Below are positions 12,526 to 25,838 of a DNA stretch of 64,000 nt, one piece after another. Positions within the stretch are counted from its first letter, which is position 1; each line of letters opens with the position of its first letter. Origin of the DNA: Octopus bimaculoides (taxonomy: Eukaryota). The stretch spans positions 7,449,409 through 7,513,408 of the forward strand of contig NC_069000.1 in NCBI RefSeq assembly GCF_001194135.2. The letters run 5' to 3'. A program made the translations under genes and the position numbers. Below the pieces are notes generated by a model. The model searched no databases. It worked only from the letters and a program-made list of their open reading frames with translations, and was not told the DNA's origin.

Positions 12526-14887
12526 CCCAAGAGTAATTTTTGGAATAACTTCAGTTTTTAGTCTGCCCATCTGGGTTAAATAACCACTTATTAGTGAGTT
12601 TAAAATAGCTAATTGTAAACTGTTTTTTTTACATAACACATTATAATTTTTCTAAATTCCACTGACCTACTCTCTATTTAACATTATCTGTTACTATTGA
12701 GATAATATTTCAAACAGGAAAATGAGTTTATTGGTGTGATTAGAACAGGATCTTTGCATTGGAGTGCTTGTTACATTTGCTTTCAAGTTTTCTTTTTCAA
12801 TTTAAACTTACATTAGTTGAAAGTTGAACCATAATTTGTTGAAGTGGACCAGTCACCAGAACTGTCAACTGTGTAGAAATAGGACGTAATGTTATCGTCG
12901 CCTGAATTGGGCCACATTATAGCTGATCCAATTTCCATTTTGCATTCTAAGAGGGCAGCTGACAGGGCTCATGTTTCATTAATTGGAACTATTTAACTGC
13001 ATTACCACAACCAACTTTTAACTCGTTCACTTCCAAATTTGGTTGAGGATACCTGCTCTATTATAGTGGCTGTTTACATCTTCTCTCTTCATTGGTGAAC
13101 CATTTAAGGAGCTGTAGTGTAGTCAGCTCTAATATAACTGGGAATGGAGAGGAAGACTAGCTTTATTATGATGTTGGCACAATTGGGGAAAGTCATTTAG
13201 CTACTTAGAATAGTATCTTCTATTTTCAAGTGTTGTCAATGTGTGTAAATGTTTGTTAAATTGATGACAATTATCATCAACATTTAATATCTGTTTTCCA
13301 TACTAGTATGGGTTGGATGGCTAGACAGGAGCTGGCAAGGCCAGGGGCCACACCATCTTTCATAGTCTGTTTTGGCTTGGTTTCTACAGCTAGATGCCCT
13401 TCCTAATGTCAACCACCTTTACAGAGTGTACTTGGTACCACTAGCACAATGATAAATCATTTCTTTAAAAAATTGATTTGTGTGGTTGATGATGATAAAA
13501 TGGATACTATTTTTATTGCCTCTGAAAGATAAAGTTGATCATGGCAGGATTTTGACTCAGAGCACAGAGAGTTCAAACAGACACCCTGGGGCATTCTATC
13601 CAACATGACTGCCAATTTGTCACTTTAGAGACATCAATTACATGCGTCTTTCCAGTGGCCAGACTATTAAGGGCCATCCATGGCTGTTGGCTCTATCTTC
13701 CCTATTTGTATTTTTAAAAATGATCTCATTCTTGATATCTATCTAACATGAATTGAGATTATAGAAACTAAAATACACAATGATATCAGTTGGTTTAAAA
13801 TCCTGATCCTCAATCAAGTACATTATCCACTTGACCACCACTGGCCTCCAGTTATGTAACTTGAACTAAAAGAATGTTGGCAATAAGGGATGGAACCAAT
13901 AATGATTTGTAACTAATTAATACCAAGCCTTGTTAAGTGGTTTCTTTATTAACATTGGTAATTACTGCATGTGTTGGCTGATAATTATTTGTTAGAACAA
14001 CATCACTAGCTGTGTAGCTATCATTCACTGCCACCAGTTTTTATAAACACCACCACCATAGTCATTATTTATGCTGCCACCGTCACTGTAAAAGACCTAG
14101 GATTGACAACAGAACTGTTAGCACGCTGAGCGAAATGCTTAGCGGTATTTTGTCTGAGTTCAAATTCCACTGAGGTCGACTTTGCCTTTCATCCTTTCGG
14201 GGTCGATAAATTAAGTACCAGTTACACACTGGGGTCAATATAATCGACTTAATCCATTTGTCTGTCCTTGTTTGTCCCCTCTGTGTGTAGCCCCTTGTGG
14301 GCAGTAAAGAAATAAGAAACTAACCATTTGTTTACCAGGAGATTTCAAAGAATAAACAAGCCGGCCAGCCATACATACATACATAACACAGAAACGCATG
14401 CGTGACGATGATGATGTAGATATGTATGTGTGTGTATGTATGTATGTATGTATGTATGTATGTATCATCATTATCATTTAACATCCATTTATCATGGGTT
14501 GGATGGTTTGGCAGGAGCTGGTAAGGCTGGTGGTCACACCAGGCTCCATTGTTTGTTCTGGCATTGTTTCTATGCTTGGAAGACCTTCCTAATGTTGATC
14601 ACTTTACAGAGTGTAACTGGCTGGTTTTCACATGGTGCCAGCATATGTATATTTTACTTGATACCAGCGCCAGTGCTTTATAAGTGGCACCATATATATA
14701 TATATATATATATATATATTGCTAGTACCACTTAAAACATACTAATGCTGGTGTCATGTAAAATGCACTTATTAAAAACATATAAAAAAATATGTATATA
14801 TACATACATACATGCGCACACACACGCATACATAGCTTGTAAATTTATTCCATTTAAGACTCATACATTCTCTCTTTCTGTTTCCAG

Positions 14888-15025
14888 CTATGTTTTCCGA
14901 TTGAGCTGCACACGTCTTGGCCAGTGGGCAATAGGCTATGTCACCACAGATGGCCAAATTTTACAAACAATTCCACAAAATAAATCTCTTTGTCAAGCTT
15001 TGCTTGATGGCCAAAGAGAAAGCTT
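14888..15025 (+). CDS. CBL: Cbl exon (SH2-like part of TKB)
   Basis: tttccag|...|gtaagt; (S)[45 protein letters not shown](F); 138 nt, phase 2-2. Confidence 0.97.
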
Positions 15026-16090
15026 GTAAGTATTCTCAGTGCTGTTGTTGTTGTCTATTGTTGTTACTGTTGTTTTAGGTGATTGGACAGGCCTTGTCTG
15101 TATGAGGTTTCAGTGTACTATTGTATGTGTGGTCAGTCATAGCTGATTGGGCATCATCTGCTGAAGTTCAGTCTACATTTAGGTAGCCTTAGATACCTAG
15201 AGCACCACGTTGTGTGTGAGATCTGAAGTGTGTGTATCAGAGGCGACTCCAAGTCATCAGCATCATTCAGGCTCATCACAGAATTTGCATAAGATGAAGA
15301 AGTACATATGCTGAAATAGCTCACATCTACCATGCTGCATCCCATGATTTCAACGTAACCCTGGCTCAGGAGGTTACCTGGTGCTACGTCTTGCAAAGAT
15401 GCCACCCGTGATTTGGTCACAGCTGACCTCTGTTAACATGCCAATTAACACATAGTTAGAACTCTGTCAGGTGCTACTATTCTGGGGTCAGAGTGGACCT
15501 AGGAAAAGTAGTAGCTTAAGAGATGGTTCCACACTCCTCAAAAACCTAAAATGAGGAGAAAAGTAAACAGAGAAATGTTTAGCCATCATGTGTTTTATGT
15601 GGAAGAGAATAGAGTGTTTGGAGTGTTTACAGGTGAAACAAAGCTAGAAGCAGTGATACATTTCAACCACAACACACAGATCTCTTTCTCTCTCTCCTTA
15701 CTTCCTCAGTAAAGAATTTCTAACCTGAAACCTCAGACTTCTTCCTTTCCTTGCAGAAAAGACATTTGAAACTACAACACTCCTCTTTTGGTTTTTTTTT
15801 TTTTTTCTAACATCAGTTTCCTCTGATTCCATGATACCAAAACTCTGTTCATGGGAAATAGTTTTCTAATTCTTAAAACTGGAGAAACTGGTAGTAATAA
15901 CAACTAATTAACAGGCTTGTTAATGGTATCAGGTGATTGAGATGTTTTGGCACTGCTTATTTGGCATCACTAATTTGATACTGATTTAACATGCTTTAAT
16001 GCCTCTCTCTCTATATACGTCTGTGTGTTTGTGTAATTTATATATCTTCAATATTAACACAACCATGCTGTTTCTGTTTCTACCTTGCAG

Positions 16091-16310
16091 TTTTCTCTAT
16101 CCTGATGGTCGGAGTATCAATCCAGACTTAAGTTTCCTCGTCCAGGACTGTCAGGAGGACCATATAAAAGTTACTCAGGAGCAATATGAACTCTACTGTG
16201 AGATGGGCTCAACTTTCCAGCTGTGCAAAATATGTGCTGAAAATGATAAGGATATCCGCATAGAACCTTGTGGTCACCTGCTTTGTACTCCTTGTCTTAA
16301 CCAGTGGCAG
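16091..16310 (+). CDS. CBL: Cbl exon (linker helix and most of C3HC4 RING)
   Basis: ttgcag|...|gtaggg; [73 protein letters not shown]; both linker tyrosines (QYELY) present; 220 nt, phase 2-0. Confidence 0.97.
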
Positions 16311-16398
16311 GTAGGGCAGGCATGTATTATAATTGTTTTATTACTTACTATATACCTTCACCAATCCACCTAACACCAGTTACATTCAAATGGAACTA

Positions 16399-16440
<42 letters not shown>

Positions 16441-18389
16441 GGGGGTTGATAAATTATTAAGTACCAGTGAAACACTGGGGTCGTAATCGACTAATCTCCC
16501 TCCCCCAAGAATCTGAGGCCTTGTACCTATAGTAGAAAGAATTATTATTATTATTAGGGTGGTAGGTTGGCAGAATTGCCTGAATGACAGATAAAAAGCC
16601 TTTACATTCTGAGTTCAAATGCTGTCAAGATCAATTTTGCCTTTCATCCTCTCAGGGTCAATACAATGAAGTGCCAGCCAAATATTGGGAATCAGTTTGA
16701 TCAATTAATCGTCATTATCATCATCACCATGATCATTTAACTTCTGTCTTCCCTACCAGTATGGGTCAAACAGTTCAACAGGATCCAACAAACCAGAGGA
16801 TTATGTTGAGCTCTGATGTTGGCTTTGGCATTGTGTCTATGGTTGGATGCCCTTCCTAACACCAACCATATACAGAAAGCACTATGCATTTTTTCATGGC
16901 ACCAGTACTTGTGAGATCTCCAAGAAACTTGCAAGATGAGACACTACAACTGAGTGAGGGTGCAGTATTGAGGGAGATGGCTTTGTGCTATAGAATTAGT
17001 GTCTTGCTGTAGAAGAGATACAGGACTCTCCCAGCTAGGTAGAAAGAGAGCAAAGATATTGGTGATGAGGTGCCCAAGAGTACCCTAAAGGTACAGAGAA
17101 GGGGAATAGGAGAGAATAGGGAAGAGATTCACAAATTCCTGATCTCATACCTAATTAAGGCAGTGAACAGGCATAATCATTAGCTGAACAAAATGCTTAG
17201 TGGTATTTCACCTGTTTTTATTCTGAGTTCAAATTCAGCTGTTGTCGACTTTGCCTTTCATCCTTTTGGGGTCTATAAAATAAGTACCAGTTGAGCTGTG
17301 GAGTTGGTGTAATTGACTTCCCTGCCTCTCAAAATTGCCAACAAAAGGAATATTATTATTATTATTATTATTGTTATTATTATTATTATTTCTGGGCTTT
17401 CTGACAGAGTCATAAATAACAATTATCAGTAGTGCATAGCAAAATTGAAAGCACATTTAATTACAAACCATGACATTCTGGGTGCAAATCCCATCTCGAT
17501 TGACTTTGCATTTCCTCCATTTGGTGTTGAAAAAAAATAAAGTAGCAATAAAATGCTGAATTGCAATGTCTAGCTTTGTATTTTCTATATGGGAAATAAT
17601 TATTAATTAATTAATTTAATTAATTAGTTAAGGCAGTGAGCTGGCAGAATTTTTGGAGTGTTGAACAAAATGCTTTGTGGCCTTTCTTCTGGATATTTAC
17701 ATGCTGAGTTCAAATTCTGCTGTGGCTTATGTTTTTTTTCATTCTTTCGGCATTGATAAAATAAGTATCAGTTTGGCACTGGGATCAATGAAATTGAGTT
17801 ATCTCTTCCCTAAAATTGCTGGCCTTGTGCCAAAATTTGAAATCATAATTATCAAGCAGTGTACAAAGTGTGCTATTGCATGTCAACTAAACATAGTTAT
17901 CAGGTGTGGAAGATGGGTTAAGGTTGGAAAGAAATGAGGCAAGCCGTAGGTTGCTTTACCCATTTCTATAAATAATAAAGAAATGGATAAAGTGACTTAT
18001 GGCCATCCCTGTGTACCTCTAGACTGAAACAATGATGAACAGCTGTAATTGATTTTCAAACCTTATTCAGCTCTCATCAGTGGTGTCTCCATCACTCAAC
18101 CAATTCCAGAGAAATAAGTAGCCAATCTGTTTATATGCAAATCAAATCACAGCTTCAAAAAACACGAGCTACTAATTTGCATTCTATACATATTTAACAA
18201 TTTATAATCAATAGCCTCTCATTGGGCATCTCAATCCACACAGTATCAAGATATACACACACACATATGCACACACATGTGTGTGTGTGTGTGTGTATAA
18301 ACCATCTGACATTACTTCACAAACTGAACAAAAGACTTATTTCTAAAGATCTCATTCTACAATAATTGGACTCTTTTGTCCACTACACT

Positions 18390-18545
18390 CTTGCTACCCA
18401 CACAAGATCACCACTGGTGAGGCTTGCACAACTAACTGTAGCCTTGCTGCCCACACAAGCTGCCCACTGGTGAAACCAGCACAGCTGCTATAGCCTGCTG
18501 CCCACACAAATGACCACTGATGAAACTGGCCCAACTATTGTAGCC
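18390..18545. repeat. About 52-bp tandem repeat, 3 diverged copies
   Basis: Units start at 18390, 18443 and 18495: cttgctgcccacacaag...ccactggtga...gcacaact..tgtagc. Confidence 0.7.
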
Positions 18546-19400
18546 AAGACATGCTGTTGTTGTGGTGATTGAAAACATTGAGATGATGATGTTGTCTGTA
18601 GCAACTGTAGTGATGCAGTGAAACTCTTAACTGTCAGCCGTCTCCTTCAAACACTTTTACATCATTTCACCTCCCACACATATCTTCTGTTCCAGCATCA
18701 CTCATTGACAGTCTTTTGTGCCATGTGTCTCTTTCTCAGCTAAGTGCTTTTTACAGAAAAAAGCAAAATATATTTATATTATCCTATACATAGATGATGA
18801 TGACTGTATATATATGACAATATTTAGTATATATATTTACAATGTAAAGTGTTGCCCTAGCATCGTCACACTCCAGTTTGTTCTCTGATTGTCATCTGGT
18901 TGTCTTGGATATATATTTGGTCCCTGTCTAACCTTCAATTCTAAAGTGTTTTCAAATTGTCATGGTACTGATTTGAGAAGGTAAAGCTTCTAGTTTCATG
19001 GTTATTTTTCCAGCTTTTGGCTCTTGTTCTTCTACTGGTATCATATCATAAATGTAGCCTATAGATTCAGGTCTGGTTTGACAATGTAAAGGGTTGTCAC
19101 TAAATACCACATGGCACTTTTCCCCCCAATTCTCAACCAATCCTGCCAGTCTGCTGCTTTTGTTCCAGAAAATTTTAAATGTGTTGTGAAAAAAATTTGT
19201 TTCCTTAGTTTCACATTGAAATGTTTCAAACAGACTGACAACTGTATGTTCAATTAACAATAATCTCACTTATTAAATATTATCTCTTATATTTTAGTGT
19301 ATTTATATTAACAATGGTTGGTTTTGTAATATTTTCACTGAAAAATATAGACTATTATTTATTATTTACCCAGTTTAATGAGACAATGTTGAAAACTTAA

Positions 19401-19617
19401 CCATTTTGATACTAATCTGCTTGAGACTGTCCCTTGTTCTATAATACAAGCTTCCTGTTTTAAAGTGATCTAAAAAAACTTCCCTTAAAAATTTCATGTT
19501 GATTTATGTTCGAAATACCTGCTTAACAACAACATTATTTTACTAAATTCTTCATTAGTTTCAAAATTAAGTGCAAAGAAGATAATGTATTTCATTAGGA
19601 ATATGGTATTGAAAGGG
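19401..19617. mobile_element. piggyBac-like MITE, family B
   Basis: TTAA|ccattttgatac ... gtattgaaaggg|TTAA; imperfect TIRs with TTAA on both sides. Confidence 0.6.
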
Positions 19618-20736
19618 TTAATTCAAAATGTTTAGTTGAGCAAAATAACTGAGGTCGCATCTGTTTGTGGAAAGCAGTGTGATTGTTTCATTTGCTTCTT
19701 GTGTAAGAGCGATCAGATCACTACTTTGCTGTGGAGGTTTAATAAAACTAAAACATTCCTGAACTTGTCTCCCTTATTTACTGAACTAAAATAATTTGTC
19801 ATTGAGTTAACATTTTTATTTTTTTGTTGTTTTCATTTTTTGTCACAACAATTATTTCTAATTGGATATTTTAAGTATAGTAGTTCAAACTTCATTCAAA
19901 GCATCTTGTATCTCTGGATCTGTTTGTGATGGTTATTTGGGGTGAGGCACTAGGAATGTAGCCTTAGTGTCAAGGGGGCGGCAGCCTGAAAAAATTTGGG
20001 AACCACTGTTCTAGAGGCACAATACCTAAACTTTTTTTTTAGGAGATGGGGTTTGTCAGTTAAATTGACTCCAGTACTTAACTGGTACTTATTTTTATTG
20101 ACGCTGAAAGGATGAAAGGTAAAGTCAACGTCAGCAGAATTCAAACTCAGAACATAAAGACAAAAGAAATGTCACTGAGCATTTCGTGCCGTGTGCTAAC
20201 AATTCTGCCAGCTCACCTCCTTAATGATAATAATAATAATAATTCTTTCTACTGAAGTTTAGGGTGGAGATGGAACTGGTTGATTATTTCAACCTCAGTG
20301 TTCAACTGATGCTTATTTTATCGACCCTGAAAGGATGAAAGCCAAAGTTGGCCTTGGCAGAAATTGAACTATGAACATAAAACACCAAAAGAAATGTTAC
20401 TAGGCATCTTATCCCACATGCCTACAGTTCTACCAGTTTGGCTACATGTATTAACAGAAGGTTAAAATCAATTTAGTTTGCCTCAATATTTAATGAACCT
20501 TGGGTGGGATGAAAGTTGGTCACATTGGCTGTTTATGAACTCTATTGTAATAAGTATGGTAATGTTGATATTAATAATAATTTATGTCATATGAATTTAG
20601 AAATTTCAAGAGATGTTAAATAATTCATTTTTGACTGTGGAACTTGAAGTAGATAAAGCCATCCAAAGGGTTTTTGGCCTAATATATTGTTATTTATAGC
20701 TTTATCTACTTGAGTTCCACAGTTAAAAAATTAATT

Positions 20737-20769
<33 letters not shown>

Positions 20770-20885
20770 GTCAGCAAATGCTAACATACTACCAACATTC
20801 ACACTAATTAATCGCACCTTAAACGTTTCAGGAATGTGTGATAACTGATCCTTTAAATGTTGGGTTTCCTCTTTCTCGTTGCTAG

Positions 20886-21032
20886 GACGTTGAAGGTGGA
20901 CAGGGTTGTCCATTCTGTCGTTGTGAAATCAAAGGGACAGAGCAGGTGGTGGTTGATCCTTTTGATCCAAAATCTTTGTGTAAGTTGAACGAATGCCGAG
21001 AAAATCTCATTCAGGATGATGAAGATGATGAG
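20886..21032 (+). CDS. CBL: Cbl exon (RING end, acidic segment)
   Basis: gctag|...|gtaagt; [49 protein letters not shown]; 147 nt, phase 0-0. Confidence 0.96.
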
Positions 21033-21394
21033 GTAAGTTATATTTTTGGTTTTGGCCAGCTGTGGCTCCTTCCCTTCTGCACATGACCCTCTGTAAGGGG
21101 CTTCAGTCTATGTCAGTGACATGGTAAAGGTTTTCGGCACTTGGTGTCTCCTCCACCTTAATTTACTGATATGATAGAAAATTTTGCACATGGAGGGCAG
21201 TAGAGGTAACTTCCATCCTTGTCCCTTTTCCGTTTGCTCTGCTTCTACCCTGCTTTGTCAGTTCCAGTCACACAACACATCAGGATGTTGTCCTCATCCT
21301 GTGACCTCTCCAATACTTCTCTCTCTGTCTGATTCCAGATTTCAAACTAAGACATCCATTGCGCAGTAGTTCAAACAGCAATCAGTAACTTCCT

Positions 21395-21670
21395 ATGCAC
21401 CTTACAACAATGGGTGTTCCAGTTGATCCGATCAATGGAACAGCCTGCTCATGAAATTACCATACAAGTTGCTGAGCACTCCAACAGACATGCATACCCT
21501 TAATGTAGTTCTTCAGGAGATTCAGTGTGACACAGAATGTGACAATGCTGGCTCTTTGAAATACAAGTACTACTCACTTTTGCCAGGCGAGTGGACTGGA
21601 GCAATGTGAAATAAAGTGTCTTGCTCAAGGACACAACGTGCCACCAGGAATTGAACACACAACCTTACCC
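21395..21670 (-). mobile_element. SINE family C (tRNA-like head, tgtgtccttgagcaagacactttatttcacattgctccag core)
   Basis: Homologous copies at about 42990-43215 (+, AAR2 intron), 53834-54148 (-) and 55140-55335 (-). Confidence 0.75.
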
Positions 21671-21849
21671 ATGGTACATATTAGTAACTACTAACACTGT
21701 TTTGGTCAGATTGTGGTATGTTGACCATTGACTCAGCAGCAGTGATAGTAGATGAACCAACACTGTATGAAGGGGTATAATGTTGCATGACAGCCCTCAA
21801 ATCTGAAGCTGTGGGTATTATTAATGAGGATCAAAAAAAAAAAAAAAGA

Positions 21850-22040
21850 AAAATTGTGGATTTTATTAATTAGGACAAAAACTGGATTTTATTAATTAGG
21901 ATAAAAGCTGAGGATTTTATTAATCCGGGCATAAATTAAAGGTATTATTTTAGGAAAAACTGGGTCTTATTAATTCGGGCAAAGAGTTATGGGTATTAAT
22001 AATTAGGACAAAAAACTGGGGGTATCATTAATTAGGACAA
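21850..22040. repeat. Degenerate about 27-bp tandem repeat
   Basis: Recurrent ggattttattaattaggacaaaaact variants. Confidence 0.6.
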
Positions 22041-22768
22041 CCTCCCCTCCACCTTCTCCTCTTAAAACATTACAGCATAGCTGATTCAAACTGAATTCTT
22101 TTATCTTTCATATATAAACATGCATACACACACACACACATGTACACATGCACTTATACACATACATATATGCAAACACAGACACATACATGTGCATGTA
22201 CACACAGGCACATACACATATACACTTGTACAAACACACACACACACACACATCCCATAAAGAGATATATACACATCACATACTGATAGTTATCACACAT
22301 ACACAATTTCTGCTTTACTTAGTGACTTCAAAAGTTTGCTAATTAGTGGCGTGTTAATAAGTGCTATTTTGTTATTGGACACACCTCGACTTGTCACATG
22401 TAATGTCAGTCATTAAAGTATGATGATGATGATGGTGGTGGTTGGGATGGCGTTATTAGTGATGAAGGGGGAGGGATGGTGGTATTGGTAATAATGATAA
22501 AGGGAAGGATGATTGTGGTGATGCATGGCATATCTGATAAGGTTACAGGACTGTAATGTGACCCAAGTTATGGGTTCAAACCCCATTGGTCTGCAACCTC
22601 AGTCTGCCTGGTTGACAGAAGGCAGTACACTATGATATAGTTGGTTAGCAGTAAGAACCATAACAATAAAGTTTTTGTGTGTGTGTGTAATCTGTCATGT
22701 ATTCAATGTTACCCCTTCCTTCAGTCATTGAAATGTAAAGTTGGATGTTTCTTCTTATCTATTTCCAG

Positions 22769-22825
22769 GACCCCTGTCAGAGCACATCGAATTTACAGGC
22801 TCTAGTTGTCCATCCAAAGGACCAG
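22769..22825 (+). CDS. CBL: Probable small Cbl exon (tail)
   Basis: atttccag|...|gtaatg; 57 nt, phase 0-0, open: DPCQSTSNLQALVVHPKDQ. No recognisable homology; supported by splice signals and phase only. Confidence 0.65.
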
Positions 22826-23263
22826 GTAATGTTTCATATCTGTGTGCCTGTCTGTGGCTATCAGTATAGAAGAGACCCACAGAACCACACTACTATTGCT
22901 ACTACTCTTTCACAGTTACACACTTGCATACACACATGAGAAAGCGACAAAAGAAAAGGGGAAAAAATTATATATATGTATATGTATGATAGACTCTGCT
23001 GCCAGTTTAGTTGGATGAAGAATCAACCTATTAAGTTTATTCTACATGAATGTTTAAATTGGCCAAGGATAGATGATTGTGGCTTTAGGTTTTGCCTTTA
23101 ACAGTTTTATATATATGTATATATGATAAGAGAGAGAGAGACTATTGAGTATCTCTTAGATCTGTCAGGACTTTGAATATAAGACATGCTTAAATAATCC
23201 TTTACTTCTGGAATGTCTGTTTGTCCAATTGTAATTTTTTTTTTCTCCATTTTTATGTTCCAG

Positions 23264-23397
23264 TATCGAGATAAATCCCCATTCGGCTCTCCAAATGCCT
23301 CCCAGAAAGATGTAGCACCACCCCCAGTACCACCACGGCGACCATCACCGCTATCATCTCCTTTACATTCACCAAATTCTTCACCAAAACCTCCCAG
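23264..23397 (+). CDS. CBL: Cbl proline-rich exon
   Basis: ttccag|...|gtaaaa; YRDKSPFGSPNASQKDVAPPPVPPRRPSPLSSPLHSPNSSPKPP; contains PPVPPR as in other Cbl tails; 134 nt, phase 0-2. Confidence 0.88.
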
Positions 23398-23945
23398 GTA
23401 AACTTTACTCACACACTGTCTTATTTCTGTTTTAAATGAAATAATGTGTCCCCTCCACTAAGCTAAAGTAACAGGGTTAACCTATTGGTACCCGTAATAC
23501 TGGAACAACAGGATTAACGTGTTCTTATTCCAGAGAGAGAGACACACACACACTCTGAAATAACATGGTGAGACCATTGATACCCTGAACAGTCAATCTA
23601 TTGCTCTCCACCCACCCTGTATTTATACAAAACTGTTTTGAATTAAATGAGATGTGGCCAATAGCTTCTGTTACCAAGGCGACCTAATCCGCAGTGGAAA
23701 ATAGATGTTTCTGAAAGCATAGTACCTAGCGTAAGAGGGTTTACATTTAACACTTTGGTCTGTTCTGCTTTTTTTAATTACATGTAACCGTAGCAACAGT
23801 GAGTTGTGTATAACAATATGATGTAAGAATTATACTTTTGCGTACCTCATGATTGTTTTTCTCACTGTCATGTATATGTGTGTGAAGAGTTAATCTCGTT
23901 ACTATAACCGACTTCCAACATCACTATCATTTTCTTCTATATCAG

Positions 23946-24070
23946 TCGTCGCCAACTTCCTCCGACTCCCTCCCGTGATGATGAGGATGATGTCACCCTT
24001 GTAGTCTACAAAGCTCCACACTCGGCACACAACAGTATACAACGGCTGGGCACTACAGTCGACAGTACAG
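23946..24070 (+). CDS. CBL: Cbl tail exon
   Basis: ttcttctatatcag|...|gtcagt; (S)RRQLPPTPSRDDEDDVTLVVYKAPHSAHNSIQRLGTTVDST; 125 nt, phase 2-1, fits the neighbouring exons. Confidence 0.82.
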
Positions 24071-25660
24071 GTCAGTCAATCTCTCTTTTTTTCCCTACAT
24101 TCATTGCCGCACGTGCGAACACCCACATGTGTAGTATCAAGTGAAGGGAGATCATTTCTATAACATTGGAGTTAACTTCCTTGATTGTTATTTATTCCTG
24201 GTTTTTTTTTTTTTTTTTTTTTGTGTTGCTTAGTTCATTGAAAAATACGAAGTAAAATAGATTGCGTCACGGAATCCAAATGTTACTGACTTGGTAGTAA
24301 AAAAATGTGAGGAGTTATTCATCCCAAAATAAAATTGTAACAGCCAGTGATATTAACCTTTGCTTTATACAGACGTCAGTTTCTTGTTATTTCAATATTA
24401 TTTCAATAATCCATTAACCAATCACTAGGTTAACCACGTCCTACTTTCAACTGTTTTTGTCTTTTGTCCCTGGTGTGGCACTCAATATCGTAGAAATAAT
24501 TTGAGGCTGGACAGATAAAAATAAGTGCCACTTCAGGAAACTTTTTCAGAATAAAATATCCAGTTAAAAGTTACCTGCAAAAGCTCTGCATTATTGTGTG
24601 GTCATTTCTCCATAATTTTTAAAATTTTCAGTTTAAGAATTCTATTGAACAAAAGAAAAAAATTTTTTTTTTTTCAAGATTGTTTTGCAAAGTCTACTAC
24701 ATATCAATGTCTCTATTTAAAAACAGATGAAGCTGTTTGTATTTTAACTTTACTTTATTGATTTCAATACATTTAAGGTAAATATATTTACTGTCTTTAT
24801 TGAAGGTAGAAACGATTAATGACAACACTGGTACCCTAGCATATATATATGTCAGATACCCTTGCATATGCAGGTACACTAGTCTATACAATATGTCCAT
24901 TGTTGTTTTTCCCAAATATCAGTCATTGTCATTTCTATAACATTGCCTCCCTGCTCTCTCTAATGAAGTAGGTTTACTTAATCAAGTGCATATACACACG
25001 TGTGTGTGTGTGTGTGTGTGTGCACACGCAGCTGAGGAAAAATTGGTATCCACTCTTCCAGTCTGACATATTAACGAGGAACAAATATAGCAACAATTAT
25101 ATCCAATTTACTTGACATTAAGTTTTTGATCACTCACCCACCTTATATATAATGAGTTGAGTTGTTAGTCATATGCAGTGCATTTATAATTTCTTTTGTT
25201 TTAACTTTTGCCCTTGGCAGTAAAATTAGTTGCATGCACATGTCTGTATGTAGTGTCCCTCTGGTATTTCATATTTGAAATTGCAATTAAGTTGTTTTAT
25301 TATATCATAGAAACAATGTTTTGTTGCTACGGACTGTCTAAAAATACAAAAAGCAAAGGATGTTTGGCTCATATCTTCCTGAAAATGTTTTCTCTGATGA
25401 TAAAAAAAAAAAATAAAAATGAAATTGTGCAACGGTAGATGAAATATGTTGAAAATTTTTTTGTATTTTTAAGATCTCTATTGTAACAAATTACTAATAT
25501 AAAGAGAAATGGATTACTGAACATTTGCTTTGGAAATTAGCAAAAACAGAGTTACATGCATGGTGAATAAGAACAATGACTACTTAATTGGTATTCTGTG
25601 TTTGAACCTGCTCTGCAGAGACCAGATGATAATGTCTAGTGATATAAACAGCCACTAGAG

Positions 25661-25838
25661 CCGTGGTTCCCAACCTATGGTCAGCAGACCCCTGGTGGCC
25701 CACAAAAGTAGTACCAGGGGTCAGTGAACTAAATTCAAAAACACACACACACACACACAAGCATATTAAAAGGGGTCCATGAGAAAACTCATTTAAATAA
25801 GCGGGGGTCCTTGCTAGTGGAAAGGTTGGGAACCACTG
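25661..25838. mobile_element. hAT (Charlie-like) MITE with 8-bp TSD
   Basis: TIRs c(c)gtggttcccaacct / aggttgggaaccactg; identical flanks CACTAGAG at 25653-25660 and 25839-25846. Related single ends at about 19990-20008 and 63087. Confidence 0.88.

Noticed and set aside
15999-16373. 124-aa ORF as a standalone gene
   Set aside because: Only 16091-16310 is Cbl exon; the flanks are intron read-through.
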